The translations under genes and the position numbers were made by a program. A stretch of DNA of 40,119 nt from an uncultured Bacteroidales bacterium (GTDB taxonomy: Bacteria > Bacteroidota > Bacteroidia > Bacteroidales > JACABE01), in NCBI GenBank assembly GCA_903936865.1, contig CAIZXK010000488.1:1-40119 (forward strand), in the 5' to 3' direction. This document shows, piece after piece, positions 8,281 through 18,040 of this stretch (position 1 is its first letter; every line of letters begins with the position of its first letter). Below the pieces are notes generated by a model, which did no database searches, was not told where the DNA came from, and saw only the letters and a program-made list of their open reading frames with translations.

Positions 8281-8385
8281 ACTAAAAGCCCCAGTATTAT
8301 ATTGTTGTTTTAAAAAAGATTCAATAAAAGTCTATAGCAGTAAAGCTTCACTGTTATTGCTATAATACAAAACTGTTTCATCTTA

Positions 8386-8606
8386 CAAAGCCTTGAATAA
8401 TATAAATATACAGGGCTTTTCAATTACAATATAAAATTGCAAAATTGTAAGTTCAGGGAGAATCTGCCGGATTTGAAGCCGATAGATAAGATTAAATTTG
8501 CAGGTTTTTAAGCAAGGAAAAGATACTAATCCGGAAGATTTTAATAGTAAAAAAAATCAGGAAATACCAATAGACGGAGTGCGACTCAAAGTCGCACCCC
8601 GTCTAT
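8386..8606 (+). repeat. Long direct repeat, right copy (221 bp), ends in REP hairpin copy 3 (8570-8606)
   Basis: See 7373-7594. The REP copy here has perfectly paired stems: ATAGACGG..CCGTCTAT and TGCGACT..AGTCGCA. Confidence 0.8.
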
Positions 8607-8750
8607 TTTTAATTTGATCGTTATAAAGACATCTTACTTAAATGTCTTTAATCCTTATTTTTCTTGAATTGCACCCAAGCAACCAACCGATATTATGTCA
8701 GTAGATTCCCTGCCAAAATTGGAAATGCCTAAAAACCAGCAGTAAATCGG

Positions 8751-9044
8751 ATAAACAAGGAAGTACACTTAGTAACGCAGGAGTTGAACTTAGTAACACA
8801 GAAGTTTTACTTTGCAACATAGGAGTTGTACAAAGATTTGCAGGAGTTTTCCTTTGTAACGCAGGAGTGTTTCTTTATAACACAGGAGTGTTTCTTTGTA
8901 ACGCTGGAGTGTTTCTTTGTAACGTAGGAGTTTTACTTTGTAACGCAGGAGTGTTTCTTTGCAACGTAGGAGTGTTTCTTTGCATCGCAGGAGTTGTACA
9001 AAGATTAGCAGGAGTAATTCTTTATAACCTAGCTATTTTACTTA
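8751..9044. repeat. 21-bp tandem direct-repeat array (12 good units 8772-9023 plus degenerate flanking units), iteron/centromere-like
   Basis: The consensus GTAACGCAGGAGTGTTTCTTT repeats head-to-tail with no spacers. Variant unit pairs containing TTGTACAA lie at 8814-8855 and 8982-9023. ORF 8867-9088 is just its heptad translation. Confidence 0.85.
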
Positions 9045-9357
9045 GTAAGATACAAATGTTGCTTAATTACCAACATTCTTTACGTTGATAAAAACTCAGA
9101 TAAATCTGATATCTAATGCATTGTGATTGATAATTTTGTTTGAGCTTTATATATAGAAGTATTTATTCAGTGGTAATTGAACAAAATATTGGACAGAGGG
9201 AATAGTTTACAGTTTTGGAATATATCAAATGTTATAATAAAAATCAGAAAAACATTGCAGTTCCCTGAAAAATAAAAGCTTGAACATCTATATACATTTA
9301 CAGATCAGAAGTCAAATATATTGAAATAGTAAGTTATCAAAAAGCCAAACCAAAAGC

Positions 9358-10767
9358 TTATTCATGCCTTAATGAAGTTACAGGATCCTGCATAGCTGCT
9401 TTGCGGGCAGGCATATAACCAAATAGTATTCCTACACTTGCCGAAACAAAAAAGGATACAATAATGGACAAAGGTGATATAATTGTTAGTATACCCGATA
9501 CTTGAGTAATTATTTTGGCTAAGGCAATTCCTAAAAGGATGCCTGCAATTCCTCCACTCAGGCTAATCATGGTAGCTTCTGATAAAAACTGAGTGATAAC
9601 ATCTCTCTTGGTAGCACCTAAAGCCAATCTGACACCAATTTCCTTGATTCTTTCCATTACGGAAGCCAGCATGATATTCATAATTCCTATTCCACCAACA
9701 ATCAACGAAATACTTGCAATAGCACCCAATACAATATTAAAGATATCTTTTGTTTTCTGTTCCTGTTTCAGCAACATTTCGGGTACTTTTATTTCATAAT
9801 CCTCAACTCCGGCATGCCGGCGTTTCAACATTTTCGTCAGAATTTCTGTTGTGGCTTTAATGTTTTTGGAATCATCAACCTGTACTATAATTTTATCTAT
9901 CTGATTGTAATTATCTTCATCATCGTCACCTCCGGTTGTATAGGAATCTCCATCGTTAGAATAAGAATTCCCACCACTTATTGAAGCGGCATTTATTAAT
10001 GAACGATCTTTGTATCTTAGCAATAAGGTTTGCAAAGGTGCATAAATGAATTTGTTATAATCGCTTATGCCAAGATTTTCTGAAGCCGATTGGCTAACAT
10101 TCTTGCCCTGAATTACTCCAATTACCATTAACCATACATTATCGCATTTTATAAATTTGCCAATAGGATCTTCTTTCGGAAATAGTTTTGATTTTATCAT
10201 TTGCCCGATAATACAAACCTGTTTGCCTTCCTTAAGCTGTTCGTTGTTAAACATTTGGCCTTCTGCGATTTCGAGATTGAAAACGGTGAAATAATCAGGT
10301 GTTACTCCCGATAATTGTGCAGAACTACTGATTCCATTATTGATGATTTTGGTTTTATAGATAACTTCAGGACTCACCAGTTTTGCGGTTGGAACTATTT
10401 CTTTAATACTCAAGGCATCTTTTATTGTTAATCCGGGAGAATATTTCTCTTTTCCTTTTTCTCCGCTTTCATTACTTTCATTACTTTCCGTAGATTCCCC
10501 ATCCGTTTTTTCACTCCCCGTTTTCTCAATTTTAGGAGAAATGATAATATTATTTACACCAACCAGTTTTATTTGCTCAAGTATTTCCTGCTGAGCACCA
10601 TTACCTATAGCCATCATGGCAATTACAGCTGCAACTCCAAAAATAATTCCCAACGCTGTAAGCATTGAACGAAATTTATTGGCTAAAACAGCTTCAAATG
10701 CAATGTTTAATATATAAGAAAACCGATCGGTTTCTTTGCGTTCAAAATAGCTAAAAATGTTTATCAT
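9358..10767 (-). CDS. ABC transporter permease, MacB/FtsX family (MacB-like periplasmic core + FtsX domain)
   Basis: 469 aa. An N-terminal TM (LTALGIIFGVAAVIAMMAIG) is followed by a large periplasmic domain. The C-terminal FtsX motifs are ERIKEIGVRLALGATKRDVITQFLSEA and YMPARKAA. Two acidic low-complexity inserts are present. Confidence 0.85.
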   Translation of the reverse strand: MINIFSYFERKETDRFSYILNIAFEAVLANKFRSMLTALGIIFGVAAVIAMMAIGNGAQQEILEQIKLVGVNNIIISPKIEKTGSEKTDGESTESNESNESGEKGKEKYSPGLTIKDALSIKEIVPTAKLVSPEVIYKTKIINNGISSSAQLSGVTPDYFTVFNLEIAEGQMFNNEQLKEGKQVCIIGQMIKSKLFPKEDPIGKFIKCDNVWLMVIGVIQGKNVSQSASENLGISDYNKFIYAPLQTLLLRYKDRSLINAASISGGNSYSNDGDSYTTGGDDDEDNYNQIDKIIVQVDDSKNIKATTEILTKMLKRRHAGVEDYEIKVPEMLLKQEQKTKDIFNIVLGAIASISLIVGGIGIMNIMLASVMERIKEIGVRLALGATKRDVITQFLSEATMISLSGGIAGILLGIALAKIITQVSGILTIISPLSIIVSFFVSASVGILFGYMPARKAAMQDPVTSLRHE

Positions 10768-12008
10768 GGAAGTTTCACTAGTTTAATTTTATCTGAGTTT
10801 TCGGGAGGTAAAAGGTAAACTTTGTCTTTTTCATCCAATCCTTTGGTGATGATAATCTCATTTTCATTGCTCAACCCTGCCCTAACCTGTTGTTTAACCA
10901 CTGAAGATCCAGACGTTTTATAAACAAAAGAAATGGTATCGCTTGTATGGATACATTCAATAGGAATAAAAACCACATTAGGAATTACAGCTGTAATTAT
11001 CGTGTTTTTAGTCGTCATGGCTGGCCGTAAAATAGAATCGAATTCCGACACCAAAATCTTTACCTCAAATACTTTAGCATTTGTTCCACGCATTTGTTCC
11101 CCAATATTGGCAACTTCTGTAACTTCGCCGTTAAATTTCTTTTCAGGAAAAGCATCTACACCAATTTTAACTTTCTGACCTACTTTTACTTTGCTGATAT
11201 CTATTTCGTTAATATAGGTTTTAGAAATCATTTTGGAAAGGTTAGGTAAGGTGGCAACTACATTACTCCAGGCATTTACGGTTGCACCAACTCCTTGTTT
11301 TTTACCATCCCAATCCCTTTTATAAATTACCATCCCAGCCTTAGGGGCTTTTACTGTAAAATCGTCCAGAACGGTCATTAAGTTTTCATATTTTCGCCTC
11401 GACTGATCATAAGATGCTGTAATTTCTCCCATAGTAGCTCTTGATTTGCTGTATTTTAACTTATAGTTCTGAACCGCTTGTTCATAATTACGTTGTGCTT
11501 TTTGCAAATCAATTTCTGCCTGACGGATGCTTGCAGGTGGTTCATATTTAGATTGATCGAGTATTATCTGACGTTCCTCCATTCCAAATTTAAGATTAAT
11601 CAGTTCATCTCTTGCCGTTCTCAAATCAAGCGTTGTATCTAAGCGTGTGCGGGTAAGCTGAGATTCAAGCTTTTCCAGTTCAGTTTGAATATCTTTTATT
11701 TTGTTGCTGATTTCTGTTCGATCGAGAGTCGCAACAAAATCACCAGAATCTACAACTGTACCATCCGGAATAATTTCGCTGATTTTAACCTGCCATATAC
11801 CAATGGTTCTTAATCCTTCCGGTCCGTATATCTCCTGCGAACTCTTAGCATCAAGCTCGCCTGTAGTAGTAACATTAATGTCAAAATTTCCTTTTTTTAC
11901 CGAAACCAACACCGTTTCGCTGTCCTGAGGTTTTTTACCTACAAAAAACCAAAAGATAACAATGAGAATTCCTATAATTGTAATGATAATCCATTTCTTT
12001 TTCTTCAT
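10764..12008 (-). CDS. Efflux transporter periplasmic adaptor subunit (HlyD/MacA family)
   Basis: 414 aa with an N-terminal TM anchor, a long coiled-coil hairpin region (TELEKLESQLTRTRLD...IDLQKAQRNYEQA) and beta-barrel/lipoyl-like flanks. It overlaps the permease gene by 4 nt (ATGA). Confidence 0.85.
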   Translation of the reverse strand: MKKKKWIIITIIGILIVIFWFFVGKKPQDSETVLVSVKKGNFDINVTTTGELDAKSSQEIYGPEGLRTIGIWQVKISEIIPDGTVVDSGDFVATLDRTEISNKIKDIQTELEKLESQLTRTRLDTTLDLRTARDELINLKFGMEERQIILDQSKYEPPASIRQAEIDLQKAQRNYEQAVQNYKLKYSKSRATMGEITASYDQSRRKYENLMTVLDDFTVKAPKAGMVIYKRDWDGKKQGVGATVNAWSNVVATLPNLSKMISKTYINEIDISKVKVGQKVKIGVDAFPEKKFNGEVTEVANIGEQMRGTNAKVFEVKILVSEFDSILRPAMTTKNTIITAVIPNVVFIPIECIHTSDTISFVYKTSGSSVVKQQVRAGLSNENEIIITKGLDEKDKVYLLPPENSDKIKLVKLP

Positions 12009-12297
12009 AAAATAAACTTTAGAGTCATTGATTTAATTGTGTTTAACGAATTTTTTAAAAAATTATTTTAAAACAAACAGATTAATTATAATGTAAGTTT
12101 GAAAAATGAAAATACTCAACTAAGTTTCAACAAAATTAAAATAAATTTACAAACATAATAGGTTTTATATAAAATAAGTTTCTTTGTTGTAGCTTTCAGT
12201 ATTTTAACTGATAGTAAAAAAAGAATTATAATGTTTATATAGATAGAATAATATGTTTGTACATTTAATAATCATATAAATATCAGATATTTTAATT

Positions 12298-12337
12298 AAA
12301 AAAGCTGCTTAGCGAAAATATCTCCAGGCAGCTTTTT
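12298..12337 (-). terminator. Putative intrinsic terminator after sucB
   Basis: On the minus strand it reads AAAAAGCTGC - 19-nt loop - GCAGCTTTTT. It lies 25 nt downstream of the sucB stop. The loop is long, so confidence is moderate. Confidence 0.45.
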
Positions 12338-12360
12338 ATTTCATAAAAATAAATACATTT

Positions 12361-13584
12361 TTATAATCCCAACAATTGCTTAATCGGTTCCTGACCTTTG
12401 AATAACATTTTTACAGGATTTTCGATCATTTCCTTAACCTTAACTAAAAACCCAACCGATTCTCTCCCATCAATAATCCTATGGTCATAAGATAGAGCAA
12501 TATACATCATTGGTTGTATTTTTACTTCTCCATTTATAGCTACCGGACGTTCAATAATATTATGCATACCCAAAATTGCACTTTGAGGTGGATTGATTAT
12601 CGGTGTTGACATCATACTACCAAATACACCTCCGTTAGTAATTGTAAAAGTACCTCCCGACATCTCTTCCAGTGTAATTTTATTATCGCGGGCTTTGGTT
12701 GCCAGTTCTTTAATTTTCAGTTCTATTTCGGCAATTGTCAGGCTTTCGGCATTGCGAATAACAGGAACCACCAGCCCTTTGGGTGCACTTACTGCAATGC
12801 TGATATCGGCATAAGCAGGAATGATGAACTCATCACCATCAATCATCGAATTTACACTGGGATACAAACTTAGTGCTTCTGTAACCGCTTTTGTAAAAAA
12901 TGACATAAACCCAAATCCAACTCCATATTTTTCTTTAAATGTTTCGCTGTATTGTTTTTTAATGGCAAGTAATGCACTCATATTAACTTCATTGAAAGTG
13001 GTAAGCATAGCTGTTTGGTTTTTAACAGCAACCAATCTTTCAGCAAGTTTTATACGAAGCGGCGTCATTTTCTTATGTTCGGTTTCTCTTGAAAAACTTA
13101 CTTTTTGTGGCTCTATATTTTTAGTTGAAATATTCACAACTTCCTTGCGGGAAATGCGGATACTTTTGTATTTCTCGACAATTTCCTGTTCTGAGATATT
13201 GTTTTCTTCCATTACTTTGCGTGCCAAAGGAGAAATATGCACATTTACATCTTCTTTCTTTTCTGTTTTTTTCTCAGCCTTTGAGATTTCAACTTTTGGA
13301 GTTTCAGCAATTGGAATAAGTTGTTTTTCATTATCCTTTTCAGTTATAATGCTGGCATCAATAACACAAACCACAGCCCCAACATCAACAGTATCCCCTT
13401 CGGAAGCCATCAATTTAATCTTTCCATCTTCAGCGGCATAAATGCTTAAAGTAGCTTTGTCTGAGTCAATTTCTGCAATTTCAGCATCTTTTTCAACCAT
13501 ATCACCATCTGCAACCAGCCATTTTGATAACAAAACCTGAGAAATGGATTCGCCCGGACTCGGAACTTTTACTTCTATCATCAT
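12361..13584 (-). CDS. sucB: Dihydrolipoyllysine-residue succinyltransferase, E2 of 2-oxoglutarate dehydrogenase
   Basis: 407 aa with an N-terminal lipoyl domain ([11 protein letters not shown]), an E3/E1-binding segment (SPLARKV) and the catalytic motif [11 protein letters not shown]. It lies directly downstream of sucA. Confidence 0.93.
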   Translation of the reverse strand: MMIEVKVPSPGESISQVLLSKWLVADGDMVEKDAEIAEIDSDKATLSIYAAEDGKIKLMASEGDTVDVGAVVCVIDASIITEKDNEKQLIPIAETPKVEISKAEKKTEKKEDVNVHISPLARKVMEENNISEQEIVEKYKSIRISRKEVVNISTKNIEPQKVSFSRETEHKKMTPLRIKLAERLVAVKNQTAMLTTFNEVNMSALLAIKKQYSETFKEKYGVGFGFMSFFTKAVTEALSLYPSVNSMIDGDEFIIPAYADISIAVSAPKGLVVPVIRNAESLTIAEIELKIKELATKARDNKITLEEMSGGTFTITNGGVFGSMMSTPIINPPQSAILGMHNIIERPVAINGEVKIQPMMYIALSYDHRIIDGRESVGFLVKVKEMIENPVKMLFKGQEPIKQLLGL

Positions 13585-13608
13585 GATATAACTATTTTTA
13601 TTTTTTTA

Positions 13609-16374
13609 TTATTCTTTTATAACACAGTGCATGTCGCATTCTTTCATAGCCCATTCGCACATACATTTGCCCATTGATTTTTCAATTATTTTCTGTTGTC
13701 CCGATTTATGAACCTTGCTTGATCCGGTTGCCGGACTCCCACTTGCACTTCGGGCTGCGAACAGAATAAGTGGGATGTAGTTAATGTTGCGATTTATAAA
13801 TGACCATGCTCCCATATTTTCGGGTTCTTCCTGAACCCAAAGCCAATGCTGCGAATTTACATATTTTTTGTGGATGCTTCTCCATTGTGAATGTGGAAAT
13901 GGATAAATTTGTTCTACACGAACTATTGCAATATTTTCTTTTTTATTTTGCATCTTTTCATCCAGTAAATCGTAATAAATTTTACCAGTACAGAATATTA
14001 CCCTATCTACTTTTGCAGGATCAGCAGTTTCGTCATCAATAATTTCCTTAAAACCACCGTTTGTAAAATCTTCAATAGATGAAACACACTGCGGATGACG
14101 CAATAAACTTTTTGGCGTAAAGATGATTAAAGGTTTGCGAAACTTACGATAAAGCTGACGTCGCAATATATGAAAAAAACTGGCTGGTGTGGAACAATTG
14201 GCAATCTGTAAGTTATTATCTGCACAAAGTGATAAGAATCTTTCCATGCGAGCACTGGAATGTTCTGGACCCTGTCCTTCATAACCATGAGGCAGCAACA
14301 TAACCAAGTCATTCATTACCTTCCATTTATCTTCGGCACTACTTATAAATTGATCTATAATTATCTGTGCTCCATTAAAGAAGTCGCCAAACTGAGCTTC
14401 CCAGATACATAATGTTTTGGGTGAAGCCATGGCATATCCATATTCAAAACCCAACACACCATATTCGGAAAGCAAAGAATTATAAATTTCAAATTTGGCC
14501 TGCTTTTCACTCAAATGATTAAGTGGGATATATTTTTCATCAGAATCATCTATCGTAAGTACCGCATGGCGATGCGAAAAGGTCCCTCTGCCAACATCCT
14601 GTCCGCTCAAACGAACCAATGTCCCTTCCTCAAGTAAAGTACCGTAAGCCAGTAGTTCGCCCATTGCCCAATCAAGTTTACCTTCGCCTTCAAGCATTTG
14701 CCTGCGATCATTATGTAGCTTATGCAATTTAATAAAAAAGGGAATATCAGAGGGTAAAGTAGTTATTTTTGAAGCAATTGACAGCAATTTTTCTTTTTCA
14801 ACCGCAGTAGAAGGTGATGTTTCAAAATCATGAGGATTTGCTTTTACAATATCTTTCCATTCATTTTCTAAAAATGAGGTGATATGTGCCTTTTCAATTT
14901 CTTTGGATTGGCTCAAATCATTTTCGAGCAAATCAGTAAATTCCTTTTCTATGGTTTTAGCTTCAGCTAGTTGTATAATATTTTCCTGCTTCAGCTTTTC
15001 AATATAAATATCCCTTGGATTTGGATGTTTTTCAATGATTTTATACAGAATCGGTTGTGTAAAACGGGGTTCATCCCCTTCATTATGACCATACTTGCGA
15101 TAGCACAACAGATCAATGAAGATATCTTTATGAAATTTTTGACGGAATTCCATGGCAAATTGCATGGCAAAAACCACTTCTTCCACATCATCGCCATTTA
15201 CATGGAAAATTGGCGATTGAATTATTTTGGCAATATCAGTACAATAGGTACTCGATCGGGCATCGAGATAATTGGTAGTAAAACCAATCTGATTATTTAC
15301 AACCAAATGTATGGTTCCTCCTGTTTTGTATCCAGGCAATTCCGACATCTGAAGCACTTCATAAACTATGCCTTGTCCTGCAACCGATGCATCACCATGA
15401 ATAAGTATAGGAACAATCTGATTGTTATCTCCATTGTAATCCTGGTCGATGCGGGCTCTTACAATACCTTCCACCACAGGATTAACAGCCTCCAGATGAG
15501 AAGGATTTGGGGAAAGTGTAAGTTTTACATCATTACCATTTTTTGTAAGTGTATGCGAAGTAAATCCCAGATGGTATTTTACATCTCCCATAAGCGTTTC
15601 ATCATCATATTCCTTGCCCTCAAACTCACTGAAAATTTCCTTATAGGATTTATGCAATGTATTGGCCAATACATTAAGACGTCCACGGTGAGGCATTCCG
15701 ATTACAAATTCCTTTACACCCAGTTGCGAACCTTTTTCAATTAAGGCATCCAAAGCAGGAATCATAGCTTCTGCACCTTCTAGAGAAAAACGCTTTTGAC
15801 CCGGAAACTTTTTATGGATAAACTTTTCGAAAAGAACGGCTTCGCTTAGTTTTTGAAGGATTTGAATTTTTTGATCTTTGTTATAATCCGGAAGATTTTT
15901 ACTGCTTTCCATACGTGTTCTTAACCAATCAGTAATTTCCGGTTGACGGATATATCGGTACTCAACCCCTAAAGAAAGGCAGTAAGTGGTTTGAAGATGT
16001 GCTATAATATCCTTGAGTTTAGCTGTACCAATTCCAATTTTGTTACCTGCCTTAAATTCCCTTTCAAGATCTTCGGGTTTAAGCTCAAAATTTTCGATAT
16101 CAAGCGTTGGAGAATATTTTCGACGAATTCTTACCGGATTGGTTTTTGTAAAATAATGCCCCCTTTCCCTATAGGCATTAATGAGATTAATTACCTTAAA
16201 TTCAGAAGGATATTCTTCCGATTGATTGCCATTAAAATCGGTTTTTGAGAAATCGAAACCCTCAAAAAATTTCTGCCAGCCGTAGTCTATACTTGCCGGA
16301 TTGTTTTTATAAAGCCTATACAGTTCTTCTATTTGCTGTAAATCAAGATTACTCAAATAAGAATATGCGTCCAT
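13609..16374 (-). CDS. sucA: 2-oxoglutarate dehydrogenase E1 component
   Basis: 921 aa. The N-terminus LSNLDLQQIEELYRLYKNNPASIDYGWQKFF, the ThDP-binding region (HGDASVAGQGIVYE) and the transketolase-like C-terminal half are all characteristic of SucA. Confidence 0.95.
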   Translation of the reverse strand: MDAYSYLSNLDLQQIEELYRLYKNNPASIDYGWQKFFEGFDFSKTDFNGNQSEEYPSEFKVINLINAYRERGHYFTKTNPVRIRRKYSPTLDIENFELKPEDLEREFKAGNKIGIGTAKLKDIIAHLQTTYCLSLGVEYRYIRQPEITDWLRTRMESSKNLPDYNKDQKIQILQKLSEAVLFEKFIHKKFPGQKRFSLEGAEAMIPALDALIEKGSQLGVKEFVIGMPHRGRLNVLANTLHKSYKEIFSEFEGKEYDDETLMGDVKYHLGFTSHTLTKNGNDVKLTLSPNPSHLEAVNPVVEGIVRARIDQDYNGDNNQIVPILIHGDASVAGQGIVYEVLQMSELPGYKTGGTIHLVVNNQIGFTTNYLDARSSTYCTDIAKIIQSPIFHVNGDDVEEVVFAMQFAMEFRQKFHKDIFIDLLCYRKYGHNEGDEPRFTQPILYKIIEKHPNPRDIYIEKLKQENIIQLAEAKTIEKEFTDLLENDLSQSKEIEKAHITSFLENEWKDIVKANPHDFETSPSTAVEKEKLLSIASKITTLPSDIPFFIKLHKLHNDRRQMLEGEGKLDWAMGELLAYGTLLEEGTLVRLSGQDVGRGTFSHRHAVLTIDDSDEKYIPLNHLSEKQAKFEIYNSLLSEYGVLGFEYGYAMASPKTLCIWEAQFGDFFNGAQIIIDQFISSAEDKWKVMNDLVMLLPHGYEGQGPEHSSARMERFLSLCADNNLQIANCSTPASFFHILRRQLYRKFRKPLIIFTPKSLLRHPQCVSSIEDFTNGGFKEIIDDETADPAKVDRVIFCTGKIYYDLLDEKMQNKKENIAIVRVEQIYPFPHSQWRSIHKKYVNSQHWLWVQEEPENMGAWSFINRNINYIPLILFAARSASGSPATGSSKVHKSGQQKIIEKSMGKCMCEWAMKECDMHCVIKE

Positions 16375-16483
16375 AAAAGTGTGTTTTTCTAACTATGTTC
16401 TTAAAAGAACAAATTTAGGAATTAAAAGTTTATGGAGTTGATAAAGTTGTTTCATAAAAGAAAAAATAATAAAATAAATTTGT

Positions 16484-16618
16484 CCTTATATCTGCAGATT
16501 ATATTCTATTAGCCACAAATTACTGGAATTACACTAGTTTTAAAAAAAATTAAATGACAATAAAATCCTGCAAACAACTAATAATAAAACACTAATAAAA
16601 ATCCGTGAGAATTTTAGG
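16484..16618 (+). mobile_element. MITE-like element, family A, copy c (135 bp, degenerate ends)
   Basis: 16589-16618 (aacactaataaaaatccgtgagaattttagg) and the preceding ~100 bp align with the reverse complement of 1-132. The 5' end is CCTTATATCTGCAG. Confidence 0.5.
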
Positions 16619-16631
16619 ATTATCAGAAAAT

Positions 16632-16668
16632 AAAAAAAACCGCCCTGAAATAATCAGGGCGGTTTTTT
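16632..16668 (-). terminator. Strong bidirectional intrinsic terminator after the lipoprotein gene
   Basis: A8-CCGCCCTGA-aataa-TCAGGGCGG-T6: a 9-bp GC-rich stem flanked by A and T runs, 28 nt downstream of the 16696 stop. Confidence 0.85.
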
Positions 16669-16695
16669 ATAAAAAATAAATAGATTAATAGAAAA

Positions 16696-17994
16696 TTATT
16701 TCTTTGATTGCTGACCTTTTACTATTACATTCTTAACTTCCCATGTTGGAACACCAGTTGTACCGCACTGATATTTAAAGCCGATGTAAACTTTTGATCC
16801 TCCAATTGCTGATAAATCTATATCACCTGAAGGGGTAAAAGTAAAGTTGCCTGTCGATAAATTATAACTTGGGAACTCAGTCCAGCTTGCATCATTTGGA
16901 TTTCCAACTCCATCATAATCTGTTGAATAAAATACCTTTAAAGTTCCATCACCCGCTGTACCATATTTCATGGCCGATTGAAAGTTTAATATTGTATTTG
17001 TGTATGAAGTTAAATCCAATTTAGGTGAAATCAACCAATCTTCATTGGCTGTATAATTACCGCCTTCATAACCAGACATTTTCATGCATGCATATTGTGG
17101 ATCATTTACCCAAAATTGAGGTCCTTCAACACTATATTGCATAAAACTACCAATTGCAGTTGCAAAGGATTCTCTTAAAATTATTTTTAATCCAACAGGA
17201 AAACCGTAAACATCATCAACTTCCCTGATCATAAATTGCCATGAAGTATTATATCTGGTCAAAATACCTTTTATACTTCCGCTACCTAAAGGTAAAATGC
17301 TGTTTTTAAAATTAGCATAAGTACTTGATCGGAGAATTATTGGAGTTGCACTCATGTTGTCAGAAAAATTTCTTGGAGTCATACCTCCCAAAAGATTTAA
17401 TGGATCAGCATAAACGGAACCTGCATCTGCAAAACTTATGTTGTTAAAAACAACTAATTTATTTATGTATTGATCAGTAAGAGTTACTGATGTTAATGTA
17501 TCAGGTGTTGGTTCCGGGCCAGGAAACTTATCTCTGAAAAGGTAAGATTTGATTAATATTTCCGGAATGGTAACAAGACCTGCTTCACCTTTGTATCCTA
17601 AGTTATAAGATCCATTGGCATTGCTAAGGTATAAACCGTTACATTTTACATAAATCAATTGTCCGATAGGATAATTATTATATAGATATCCATTTTCAAG
17701 TCTTATGTCTAAACCACCGGTTGAATCCTGAATTACAAGATCTTTATAATAATTACCAGCCTGATCGGAAGATACAACTATCCCTTTGATATACCAATTA
17801 TGTGAAATAACAGCTGAACCGCTAACTACATTTGCTTTAAGATCAGCAATTGTTAATAGAGTATCCCCAACAGCCATTGTAAAATGAGGTTCTGTGAAAG
17901 GTGGTTTTTCAAAATCATCCTTTATGCAACTATTCAATCCCAATATTGCCATTAGCATGAATATTCCTATTATTTTTATTCCAAATGTTTTCAT
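16696..17994 (-). CDS. Surface lipoprotein, DUF5689-like OB-fold N-terminal region + choice-of-anchor-J-like C-terminal domain; partner of the adjacent TonB-dependent receptor
   Basis: 432 aa with lipoprotein signal peptide ...ILGLNSC. The segment IKGIVVSSDQAGNYYKDLVIQDSTGGLDIRL resembles DUF5689. The C-terminal NEDWLISPKLDL...VFYSTDYDG..DASWTEF...GSKVYIGFKY...TWEVKNV resembles choice-of-anchor J. Family names are from recollection. Confidence 0.6.
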   Translation of the reverse strand: MKTFGIKIIGIFMLMAILGLNSCIKDDFEKPPFTEPHFTMAVGDTLLTIADLKANVVSGSAVISHNWYIKGIVVSSDQAGNYYKDLVIQDSTGGLDIRLENGYLYNNYPIGQLIYVKCNGLYLSNANGSYNLGYKGEAGLVTIPEILIKSYLFRDKFPGPEPTPDTLTSVTLTDQYINKLVVFNNISFADAGSVYADPLNLLGGMTPRNFSDNMSATPIILRSSTYANFKNSILPLGSGSIKGILTRYNTSWQFMIREVDDVYGFPVGLKIILRESFATAIGSFMQYSVEGPQFWVNDPQYACMKMSGYEGGNYTANEDWLISPKLDLTSYTNTILNFQSAMKYGTAGDGTLKVFYSTDYDGVGNPNDASWTEFPSYNLSTGNFTFTPSGDIDLSAIGGSKVYIGFKYQCGTTGVPTWEVKNVIVKGQQSKK

Positions 17995-18040
17995 TTTTAT
18001 ATATGTTTTATTTATTTAAAATTCTATTATTGCTTAATTA

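Noticed and set aside
7292-8606. Integron-type gene cassette with attC sites (CALIN)
   Set aside because: The hairpins lack recognisable R/L boxes (RYYYAAC...GTTRRRY). The flanking repeats are ~220-bp direct repeats rather than single ~60-140-bp imperfect palindromes. No intI gene is in the window. This cannot be fully excluded without an attC covariance-model search.
8751-9044. Possible CRISPR array
   Set aside because: Units are contiguous with no unique spacers, the 21-bp unit is shorter than typical CRISPR repeats, and no cas genes or leader are nearby.
8867-9088. 73-aa ORF with the heptad repeat NAGVFLC/NVGVFLC
   Set aside because: It is the translation of the 21-bp tandem array. The repeat extends ~100 nt upstream of the putative GTG start, several frames on both strands are equally open, and the sequence is low-complexity.
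14971-15744. 257-aa ORF antisense to sucA (similarly the 206-aa ORF at 12821-13441 antisense to sucB)
   Set aside because: Both sit inside highly confident, conserved genes. The composition is odd (rich in I/F/N/C/K) with no motifs. Long antisense frames are a known by-product of codon bias.
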